In this document: positions 8,082 to 18,900 of the stretch, one piece after another
Layout: every line of letters begins with the position of its first letter
How positions within the stretch are numbered: the stretch's first letter is position 1
DNA from: a virus
Taxonomy: Duplodnaviria > Caudoviricetes
Direction: 5' to 3' (one strand)
Virus record (IMG/VR): IMGVR_UViG_3300037010_000252
Span: 1 to 53,330 of that record
Length of the DNA stretch: 53,330 nt
Notes under the pieces: generated by a model
Database searches by the model: none
Seen by the model: the letters and a program-made list of their open reading frames with translations, nothing else
What the model was told of the DNA's origin: nothing
Made by a program: the position numbers and the translations under genes

Positions 8082-8396
8082 ATGGGTAGCATCATCAAGC
8101 GGACAGTTACCGAGGTAACGTTCATGGAGAACACCAGTTCAAACGAAGATATGCAGGCCATTACACTCCGCCTTGAAAGCGAAGGTGCTGGACGATTCCT
8201 AATCATTTCTAATGGGAGGCCTGGTGGCGAAATGTACCTGAATAGCCTAGACGATCTTCGCATCATCTACGAAACAGCCTGCCAGCTATGGAATCAAGGC
8301 GATGTAATGGCTCCAGGCGACGCGGACATTGATGAAACACTGGAGCCTACTACTTACGATGACAGCATAAGCAGAGCATTTGTGGAGCAGGAATGA
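8082..8396 (+). CDS. hypothetical protein
   Basis: AAGGA SD; coupled to the next gene. Confidence 0.7.
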   Translation: MGSIIKRTVTEVTFMENTSSNEDMQAITLRLESEGAGRFLIISNGRPGGEMYLNSLDDLRIIYETACQLWNQGDVMAPGDADIDETLEPTTYDDSISRAFVEQE

Positions 8397-8755
8397 AACT
8401 CACTACATCAATGCGCCGAGTCATGATCGCTCTAGACGAGCATGGTGATATGTCTGCGCGAGAAATTGCAGAAGTAGCATACATTTCAGTGCGCACCCTG
8501 GTATCCAGTGGAGTTCTAACTGCATTGCGCGAAGCTGGACTAATCCGAATCTCTGATTGGCAGCGCAATTTCCCAGGTTCACCAACCCCGATATACTCGT
8601 TTACTCCGGGGAATAACAAGCGTAAGCCAAAGCCGTACTCCAACGCAGAAGTGTGCAAGCGATGGAAGGAGAGCGTCGGGTACTACGGGCGCGAATACAA
8701 ACAGCGCCAGAAAACGCGGCAATCCATTGACCAACTTTTGAGGATCAATAAATGA
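8393..8755 (+). CDS. winged-HTH DNA-binding protein
   Basis: MSAREIAEVAYISVRT...L..LRE.GLIRISDWQR...P.Y pattern. Confidence 0.7.
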   Translation: MKLTTSMRRVMIALDEHGDMSAREIAEVAYISVRTLVSSGVLTALREAGLIRISDWQRNFPGSPTPIYSFTPGNNKRKPKPYSNAEVCKRWKESVGYYGREYKQRQKTRQSIDQLLRINK

Positions 8756-9048
8756 GCAGATTCGACGACATTCGCGCATGGGCGCACGACCGCAACCTGA
8801 TCGACGGCAGCACGCCAGATCGGCAATTCCTCAAACTGTCGGAGGAGGTTGGCGAATTGGCGGCAGGGCTGGCAAAGGGTAATCGTCTTGCCGTTATCGA
8901 CGGCATAGGCGACGCAATTGTGGTGTTGACAATTCTTGCTTCGCAAGTAGGAATGCTAATTGAGGATTGCATTGACGCAGCCTGGGATGAGATCAAGGAT
9001 CGCAAGGGGCGTATGCAGGACGGTGTTTTTATCAAGGACGGCGATTGA
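8752..9048 (+). CDS. MazG-like nucleotide pyrophosphohydrolase
   Basis: KLSEEVGELA...DGIGD..V.L..L...AWDEIKDRKG.M.DGVF.K. Confidence 0.9.
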   Translation: MSRFDDIRAWAHDRNLIDGSTPDRQFLKLSEEVGELAAGLAKGNRLAVIDGIGDAIVVLTILASQVGMLIEDCIDAAWDEIKDRKGRMQDGVFIKDGD

Positions 9049-9103
9049 AATGCCAATCGTGAATGTTGCAATGTTCGATTAACCAATTTTTGAGGATCAC
9101 AAC

Positions 9104-9535
9104 ATGAAAGTATTTGGTGCTGCAAGACTTGGAAGCGATATGGAAGTACGCTTTGCTAAAGACGGAGAGCCTGTCGGTAATGTATCGTTGGCCTTTAGGT
9201 TGGGCAAGAAGGATAAGAAAACCGGAGAGTACATGACACAGTGGGTACGAGCTTCACTCTTCGGGAAGCGTGCTGAATCGCTGGCACCATACTTGGTTAA
9301 GGGAAGCATCCATGCTTTCGTCTTGCGCGATCTGCATGTCGAAGAGTTTACTACCAGCGATGGCGAGAGGCGGGTGTCAGTCCAGGCCACAATTGATGAC
9401 GTTGAACTGTGCAGCAAAAAGGATTCAGTGAGCGCCGAAGATCATGCTAGACGCAAAGAACAATCTCATGAAGCACGCGCTGGTGAAGTAGTCGGAGGTG
9501 GTTTCGACGAAACTGATGGCGACATCCCATTTTAG
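9104..9535 (+). CDS. ssb: single-stranded DNA-binding protein
   Basis: RLG.D.EVR, TQW...LFGKRAE.L..YL.KG, acidic C-terminal DIPF. Confidence 0.92.
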   Translation: MKVFGAARLGSDMEVRFAKDGEPVGNVSLAFRLGKKDKKTGEYMTQWVRASLFGKRAESLAPYLVKGSIHAFVLRDLHVEEFTTSDGERRVSVQATIDDVELCSKKDSVSAEDHARRKEQSHEARAGEVVGGGFDETDGDIPF

Positions 9536-9564
9536 AATACACCTCACAGATAAAAGTGGATTCA

Positions 9565-9963
9565 TTACGTTAGGTGCCTTGAGTTGATCCGTGTCGCCGC
9601 GCTTTCTAGGGAGTCAAAAGCAGCGCCACCGTTTCGCTCCACCATTTGCGCCACGGCGCCTAGCGACTTCCACTGCCCATCTGTGAACCTCTTATCGCCG
9701 TCCTCTCGCAACCTAACAAATACAGTTCGCGCTGGTCGTTTGTTACTGTCGTCGATCGCTTCAGCAATCGAATATACACCGGTCATCTTTGGCGTAATTA
9801 CGTACAAACACACGTCGCACTCTTCTCGCTGGCGCAGTTCTTCGGCCATGCGCTCTGGCGTCCAGTCATCAACGACTGGATTGAAAAATTCAATGTCGAT
9901 CATTGGAATAATGCGATCGCGCCAGTTAGATCCGTTGCATGTACCGCCCAAAAATACTTTCAT
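9565..9963 (-). CDS. nucleoside 2-deoxyribosyltransferase-like protein
   Basis: KVFLGGTC..S.WR, FFNPVV.DW, GVYSIAE motifs; GGAGAGG SD. Confidence 0.8.
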   Translation of the reverse strand: MKVFLGGTCNGSNWRDRIIPMIDIEFFNPVVDDWTPERMAEELRQREECDVCLYVITPKMTGVYSIAEAIDDSNKRPARTVFVRLREDGDKRFTDGQWKSLGAVAQMVERNGGAAFDSLESAATRINSRHLT

Positions 9964-9981
9964 GTCAAAACCCTCTCCAAG

Positions 9982-12900
9982 TTATTGATTATGCAAAGAC
10001 AATAGCTCGCCACGCAACTCCTTTGGGGCAGACTTGACAATTCGTTGTTGCCTAGTCTCGGCCATCTTCTTCACTCGCTCCATTACCTGCTTGCTAGTGA
10101 TGGAGATTTTCTTATCAGGGTTATTGGCGTTCCAGTCTGCCAATTCCTGACGTGCCTTTGTGACGGCTTCCTTGTCTCCTGTGAAAATCCCCTGCGCTAT
10201 TGCTCCAGAAATCTCGGACTCTACGTTGCGAACCAGTTGAATGTCCTGCATGTCCATCTGCGCCGTTCGGCTTTCGCGTGCCACGCTGGCTGGCTGGAAG
10301 CCGATCAGTTTAGATGCCGCGTCTAACGTGTCTGTGTTGACAACCTTCTTCCCTGAACTGTCCCGGTACATTCCAGTACTTGCCATGTCTGCTGCTTTCA
10401 GCGCATTGCGCACCGCAAGCGGCATGAACTCGCCATTCAGCGCGTCTTTAATAACTCCACCTACGGGGCCAAGCACATCAAGAACTTCTCCGGCCTTATC
10501 TGTCTTGTTCTTCAACATGATCCCTGTGCCTGGTAGTAGATTGCTCATCCCAAGGCGCGCCGAGAAATCAATCGGGAATCCAGGCAATGCAGACGTGCCA
10601 TGCAAAACAAAATCGGCGCCAGTCTGCCCCAATATCGAGGCAACGAATTTCTCCTTCTCGGCCTTGGTGTTCCACGCATAGCCCATATGCTGCGCAAGGG
10701 TGTCGATCAGGTCGTCTAGGTCGTCAGCGAACGGAAGCCCCTGTAGGCCAGCAGCCAGCACAAGAATGGCCAGCGCAATCGCCTTCTCCTTCTTCGGCAG
10801 CCTGGACAGAAATTCCATGTAGCCGATGCTGTACTGCTTGAATGTGAAAACAAGCGCACCCGCAGCACCACGTGACCAGTTGGAGCGGTTTCCGCGATTG
10901 TAAATTCCCTGGGTTTCGTTTACGGCTTCTTCCGCGAAGGCGAACGGATCGGCCATCTTGTTCTGGCGCGCGATATTGTAGGCCGCGATGAATGTAGAGC
11001 GGCGGTTGAACTGCTCGGCAAGAGAGAACAGAGACCCCCAGGCGAATAGGCCGCGCTTGCTAAGGTCGTCCAGGTTATTTGCCAAATCCCCCTTGACGCC
11101 TAACATGCGCGCCAATGCGCCTATTCCAGAACCACGCTTGAGTGCTTCTGCATGTAGCTGGTGAATCTCCTGAGGGCTGACGACGCCATCTACTTCTGCG
11201 CGCTTTAGGGCCTGCTTCAAGTCAGCGTCGAGAGTATCACCCGCAACGGCCAGTTTCATTGCCTTGGCCATCTCATACCCTGCATTCTTCGAGAACTGAT
11301 GCAGATATGGGTAGCTCATAACAATCGGCTGCGTCAGGTTTACCATTGCCGACGCCACAGATCCACCGATGTACTGCACGAACAAAAGTCCGCGCAGCTT
11401 TGTGGAATCATCTGTTGGGTTGCGCACGAAGTCTATAAGTTTGATTGCATCGTCTTTCACGTCCCCTTTTTCCTTCGGGATCGCTTCTGCAGCTTTATCC
11501 ATCTGTCCGCCGTATGCGTTCGCTGCAGCATGACGCGCGTTCGATGTGATGAAGCTGGCGAGAATGCGCGGAATGTCTTCGCTGAATCCAGCCATACCTT
11601 TGCGCCTGAGTAGTCTCTTCATGGCGCTGCGATTAGACTTCGCCAGTTTGATGTATTGCTGAACAAGTGCCTTGTTCTTAGCACCAATCGCATCTGCAAA
11701 CAATTCCAGCGTGTCCGGGCTGATTCCGTTGAACAGCTTATACGACTCGGAAGACAGCACGCCCTGAGTAAAGGTTGCCCCCGCAAATTCAGGATCGGCC
11801 TTCAGTTCGCGCATTCTGGCGTTTGCTTCTGCTTCGCTCTCGAATAGGCTGAAATAAAGCTCCTTGTCACCTTTGGTGACATAGAGCGTGTACTTGCCGA
11901 AGCGGCTCAATGGTGCGTATCCCTTGGCCTTTAGGTCGGCTACTCGCATTCCCTTGTCCAATACAGCCTTGGCGTCGTCGGACTTGCCGATACTATTTAG
12001 GTGTGCAGCAACCATTATCGCTGACCGACTTGCTGTTTCCGCATTCAGTATATCGTCGCGCAGATGTTCTGCATCTTTGCCCACGTAGCTCAGAATATCG
12101 GTTTTCCCAAGATCATCGAGAGACTTATCCACGGCTGCGCGGAACTGTCTGTAAAGCTCGATCTGGTTTTCGGTCAACTTGAATTTGTTCCGTAGCTCAT
12201 CTGCGCTGTAAACCTTCTCGTCCACAAGCGTTCCAGCGAATATAGGAGCGGAAATCGCCTTGATGTCTGCCTGACTTGGCCGCTTCGACTTCCATAGATC
12301 GCTAATCGACTTCAATTGCGGGATCAGTTTGTCAGCCATATCGGCAGCACTGTTTGCAAACGTAGCCATCCCGGATATGTATGACTGAACAGAGTCGAAC
12401 ACTTTTCGGTAATCAGCGTCAATTTGAGACTTGTGGTACGGTGTTCCGATTGACTTGTGCCACCATCCGTTGAACGTTTTCTGGGTGGTCAATAGGTCTG
12501 TGATACGCTGTGATACGGCAACCTGCATTTCGACCGTTCGGCTAAACATGGGGCTTGTGCTATCTTTAGTGGATGCACGATTCGCCTTATCCTCTTCCGA
12601 TTGAGTCTCTTGGGCCGTCCGAATACCATACCGGCCCGTCAGATCGCCATTACGGTACGCATCTGCAATGCGCTTGGCCTGTTCTGCTTCGGCCTTTAGT
12701 TTTGACTGGTATTCATCAATGGTTGGATGGCCTGCCCAAGTGTCGCCTTGCGGTTTACGCATCGAAGGATTGTCAAGCGTAACAATTCCTTGCTTAGTGC
12801 GCGAATAAGCCTCACCAGGTCGCGCATTGGTGGACTCCTTGCCTCCGTTCTCGATGAATGCCCTGGCGGGAAGGATGTAGTTTGCAATGATGTCGTTATC

Positions 12901-15900
12901 AGTCAGTTTCAGGTTCATGCCTTTGCTACGCAACCACTGCCTGATAGCCGCGATTGCGCGCTTAACGAAGCCAATTTCCGGGCGCGTCTCGGCCATGTTT
13001 ACCAATACTTCCTCGGCGGCTTTCAGTAGGTCGTTCTCATTTTTAGGGTCAAAACCGTATTCCTTGACCTTCGCATCTACTTCGGCGCGGCGCATAGCAA
13101 CAATCTGTCGCAGGATAGAATCTAGCGCATCACCGAACATACCGCGCAAACCTGCGTGACCAAGAACTTCGTGCGCGACTGTCCTGATTACGTCATAGAC
13201 GCTCTTGTGTTGGCTGGCTACGATGTAAACCTTTCCACCCGTAATGAAACCGCGCGGCTCTCCTTTTGCCCCTCTGGCCTTCATTTTTGCGTCTTCGTCG
13301 CGCACGCGCTGCGGAACCTTGGAGTCCTGCATGTCGGATACGACGATGATCTCTGGCGCGTTCCTCCAGTGGGCCGTGATCCAATTTACAATATTTTGCA
13401 CGCGGACGACGCGCTTGACTGTTTCTGCTTCTGTTAGGCCATTAGTGGCGCGCAGGAAATCAACTGAATCACTAGTATTGTCGTCTTGTTTTTCTTCTGC
13501 CCCCCTAAGTTTGGAAAGCAGCTTACTGTATTCGGCTCGTGCTTTTTCCAGCTTTGCAGTATCAGGCCATTCGCCAGGAACCTTTGTTTTATCAATCTCT
13601 TCCTTGGTCTTCTTGGCGCGCTCAAGCTGTGCCATGTTGTAGTCTAGCATGTTGCCTGCGGTAGTCACCAGTGAATCGGCAACCTTGATAACCTGATTGG
13701 CGATCTTCACCGCGTCAGTCGCATTGTCGCCAACATCTATGACCATGTTCAGCGAGTCATTGCCAACGCCAACCACGACATCAAGCATCTTGCCGTTTCT
13801 TGATTTCTGGCCTTCGACGCTGACATCAAGCTCTCCCATCTTGCCGACGTTCTTGATACTGTCTTCGGCCACCGCATCAGCAACTTCCTGTGCGATTGCT
13901 TTTGCTGCAACAGATCTCCTGTTGTAGGTTTTTCCGTTAAATTCAAGCATGAACGGTGAAGCGTCGCCTTTGATGTTTGCGTATGCTTCTGACATCAAAG
14001 CGCGCGATGTGTATTCCTTACCATTCATGACAACAGAGATAGGGGCAGCGCGATCATTCCCGTTCTCGTCTTTCACCTTGGCATTTATCTTTCCCTCAAG
14101 GTATTCACCAGCCTTGTCCGGGTCTGTGTAGGTGGTTCCGTCGATAACAACCTTGAAGTTGTCGCGCTGCTTTTTAACCGCGTTACGGTACGCCTTGGCA
14201 GCTCCATCCATGCGTTTGGACTTCTCAATTTGCTTTGGCAGGCTTGCAAGCTGCTCGTTTACTTTGCGAGCGCGGTTGATGATGTCATTCTTTTGCGCCT
14301 CAAACGACCGCTTGCGCTGCTCTAGCTTCTTGATTTCTGAGCGCATCTGGATTTCCTTGAGCAAATCCATGTTTCCTGTTGCGGCGGCTTGCATTTCCCC
14401 TGCTGACATTTCCATGTCATCAAATGGATTTTCGATTTCTCGGCTCACGTTACGGGTGCGAAGCTGATTAATCATTTTCAGCTTCGCTTCCTGTATCTGC
14501 CACATGCGCAAATCAAGCGTGTCCTGCGTGACGTAGGCAAGAATCTCTACCTCAAATCCATTAAGGGTATCGGACAGCTTGTTTCCTTGACGGATGATGC
14601 GCCCCTCGCGCTGTTCTACGTCGGATGGCTTCCACGGAACATCAAGGTGGTGCAATGCGACAAGTCGTTCTTGTACGTTTGTACCGGCACCCATCTTGGA
14701 GGTTGATCCAATCAATACACGAATCTGCCCACTATTAACCTTTCGGAACAGTGCTGCTTTCTGGTCGTCTGTGTTGGCGTCATGAATGAATGCGATCTCG
14801 GCTTCCGGTATGCCGCGTTCGACAAGGGCCGACCTAAGATCGTCATAGACCGAGAATCCGCGAAGAGCTGCATTGATGGCATCAAGCCAGTCCCTTCCCT
14901 TGGCGTTAAGCTTCTCCTGTGCCGCCTCGCTTGCCTCAACCTTTGCAAGCGCATCCTCATTGCCAACCGCAGCTAGAGACTGCACTTGTTCAGTGTTTCC
15001 AGCATCAATTATGGCGCGCAGTTCCTCGTATTCCTTGATCTCTGCTTTAGCTTGTTTGAGCGGAGTGCCAAGGTCTGAAAAGACAAGTTGTGCCCCCTTA
15101 TTGTCGTCGTACTGCTGGTATCGCTCGAAGATTTCATCGGCAGCACGGTCGATTCTGCCTCCACTCTCGCGCTCGGTGATTTCAGGTCTGACAAGGCGAA
15201 TATCCATCGCCGCCTTGCGCGCGTCTGTCATAATGACAAGTGCATTGTCCTCGCCCTTTTCTGGGCGGCCACCTCTGGCTGCAAGTTCCTTTGCGCGCTT
15301 TGCGATTTCCGCCATGTATTCTGTCTGTGCCTGCGACCTTGTGAGCGCAACGGGCTGACGTTTGCCGTCTTTCAGCTTTGGAAGGGGAAATTCTCGGCCT
15401 CCGTGTTCTTCACGGAATGCAGCCTTGATGTCTTCCATAGTAACCGTATCGGAAACCTGGTCGAACATTTTTAGCAATTCTGTGGTGTTGACGAAGGTGT
15501 TCATTCGGTTAGACGGCTTGTAGCCATCCCCGCCCATATTCTGCATGAATACCTGCTGCACGGACGCGAAAGTGTTTGCCCAGGAGTCAAACGAATCGAA
15601 ACCTGCCTCCTTCATTTGGTCTGGCATCAGGTAGCGCATCATGTGGTACATCTCTGCCAGCGAGTTTGAAACTGGTGTTCCAGTCGCAAATACAAGACCT
15701 TGACCGCGCCCGTTCTTCTCGAAAATCTGATTAGCCTTGATATACATATCATAGGCACGCTGGCTTCCTGCCGGGTCTCCCAATCCCTGAACATTCTGCA
15801 TTTTGGTCGAGAACATTAGGTTCTTGAACAGGTGTGCCTCATCAACGAACAGTTGATCTACGCCAATCTGTCCGAAGTCAAGCAAATCATCTGTCGCCTT

Positions 15901-18900
15901 ATCGCGCAACTTTTCGATGCGGTTTTCCAGCCTTTCGATCAACCCCTGCAACTGTTTAACCGTGCGCTTTTTCTGTTTGGATTCTCCGTCTCCTTCTTTA
16001 ACAGAATTGATTGTCTTGACGATGTTCTTTATCTGTTCCTCGTTGAACCTGGCCTCGAACTCGGGGGACGGCTTGATGAACCCGAACGAAGAGTGGGCGA
16101 TGATTACCGCATCCCAATCACCAGTTGCAATTTTTGCCAGGAATCTGCGACGATTAAGTTTTGAGAAGTCCTTCTTTGTTGCAGTAAGGATGTTTGCGCC
16201 AGGGTATAGCCTATAGAAGTCTGCCGCCCACTGCTTGACTAGATGGTTTGGCACCACGATCATTGGCTTTTTGGCGAGGCCTGTGCGCTTTAGCTCCATA
16301 GCTGCGGCGATAATTGTGTATGTCTTGCCAGCGCCAACGACATGATCCAGAAGAACTGTGCGATCCTGGACGATGCGCGCGATAGCATTGCGCTGGTGAC
16401 GGCGGAATTTGATAATGCTGTCAGGAACCTTTCCAGGAAAGCGCATCCACGATCCGTCATACTTGCGCGTCACATAGTTGTTATTGGTATCGTTGTACGC
16501 GCGCACAAGAATTTCTGAGCGTTCCGGATCTGAGAACAGCCAATCCTGAAAGCGGTCACGTATCTCTTGCGCCTTTGTGTTAGCGTCTTCTGTTTCCTTG
16601 ACAAGTGTGTAAGTCCTACCATCGAAGTCCTTGCCACTCACCTTGATGGTGCGATTATTAAGGATTGCCGATAGCAGCATGTCTCCGCTATATTCCTTGG
16701 TTCCCCAAGTGTTTGTCGCCTTTATTTCTGATCCAGGTTGAATCGAAACTGAATATGAGCTATTTGCGGGGATATAAGTAATGCTGGCCGTGGTTCCTTC
16801 GCCAAACAGTTCTTTTGCGAAGTCCTCATAAACACTCTCTGGAACCCACGGTGAGCCGACGCGGGCCGCAATCTCGTGCGCCCCAACATCTTCTGGGATA
16901 ACTTCTTCCAATGCCTGGACATTGTTCATCATTCCAGCAGCTTTCGCCTGCTTTAGCTTGTCGCGGACGTTTCCTGACAAGTAAGCATCGCGCAGCATGT
17001 ATTCATTGGTAGCAGGATCAATGAACAAAAGTGGCTTGTCTCCTGTGGAGAGCTTTTCCAGAACTTCGTCGGCCTGCATTCCGAGAAGTTTTCCGATATA
17101 TTCGGCATCTATCTTCCCTCGTTCGGCCATCGAAATAGCTATAGCGTCGGCGGGGCTGTCTGCCTTTTCAACAATCTTGCGCGCATCTACCACACGCTGA
17201 TTGAAGATCGGTGCTTTCTTGGCTCTAGACTTGAAGGCAGGTATTCCGAGCGACTTTGCGGCCGCATTTCCCATGCCGCGCGTGTAGTCATACTCAAGAG
17301 AAGCCAATAGAGGATAATCTGGGTCATCTCCGAATACGCGAGATGTGCTCATGTCATTCAGCAACCCATGCTTCTTGGTGTATGAGTCATATTGCTCGTT
17401 AAGTCTATCGCGTAGCGCGTTCATGGATTCGTCACCACGAATCTCGGCGGCCAACAATTTACGCAGAGTGTCACGCATGGCAACCAATTGCTTAATGCGA
17501 TCGAACCCAGACTCACCAAGTTTGGTTTTTTCAGTCCATTGGGTGTCAGGTGTAATCTGTCTGCTGTATGTCTCACCGTCAAGACCGCGAACACGAATTA
17601 ACAGCTTGTCACCATCACTATAGAATCCGCCGTCAAGCACATCTAGCTTACCTAGAGCGGCAGACTCAGCATTGACGGCGTTATCGGTATTCGTTATCGA
17701 GCGATCCGTATAGACGTTGGCCGGTAGATTTGCTACAGCTTCTCGCAGAATCTCCAGCGTATCTTGTCCATCGCGTGCAATGAGTGCAGGCATACCCGGC
17801 CCATACATGGTTCCGTATGCGCCGTACTTGCCAAGCATCATGTGCTCATTGTCTGCGAAGTACTGATTGAGAGGGACGCGGTTCCCTTCGTCGTCGATAG
17901 CAACTACAACATCCATCCACCGTTTCGCGTCTTCTCTGGTAGCTTTCGTACCCCATTCTGATTCTGGCAGTTTTTGCAAGAAGATCAGGTCGGTAGTGAC
18001 TTCTGTGTTTGCGTTCTTGCTGAAAGCGTTATTTGGCAGCCGGATAGCGCCCAATAGCTTTGCGCGGTCAGAAATGTACCGGCGAGCAGCATCACCTTTG
18101 GAGTCTAGGAAATTGCTTGTGACAACCTGGGCAAGAATCCCTCCTTCGCGTAGCATGTCCACTGCCTTGGCAAAGAAGTAGTTATGTAGAGACAGCCCAG
18201 ACAGGTGCTTGCGACCTGATTTATCAACCTGCTTATCAGATGCGAAGGGAGGATTTCCAACTGCAACGTCATAGTAGTTGTCGCTTCCCTGAAATTCCGT
18301 GAAGTCAGCTTGCTGAACGTTCTGCTTAGGGTATAGCTGCTTTGCTATCTTGACGGCAAACGGCTCGCGTTCAATGGCGGTTACACGTCCGCCACTACGC
18401 ATGTCAATAGGCATCAAGCCGATGAAGTTTCCGACTCCAGCGCCAGCCTCAAGAACACGTCCACCATTGAAACCCATGCTGCGAAGTGCGGCATAGATAC
18501 CGTCAACAATGACTTCGCGCGATGTGTAGTGGGCATAGCGTGTTGAGCGTGCGGCGTCTGCGAACTCCTGTTCAGACATCAGGCTGCGTAGTTCGGCGTA
18601 TTCCTTTGCCCAATCTTTATTGGACTCATCAAACGCCTGCGGGATTCCACCCCATCCAACGTACTTCGCAAGTACGCGCTGCTCATCAGGGGTCGCAGGA
18701 CGGTTTTCCTCGTCCAGTTTTTTCAGAAGTCGGATTGCCGCGACATTGTTCTTGAACTTGGTTTTTTGCCCACCCTCGCCAAGCCCTAGATCATCATTAA
18801 TAATGAAGTCGTCAGGCTTAAACTGTGGAGGATCGGTCCTCGGCGCGTTTGGTGCCTCGTCTTCCTGGTTTACTGCTCCGGATCCCCCGGAATTGTCACC

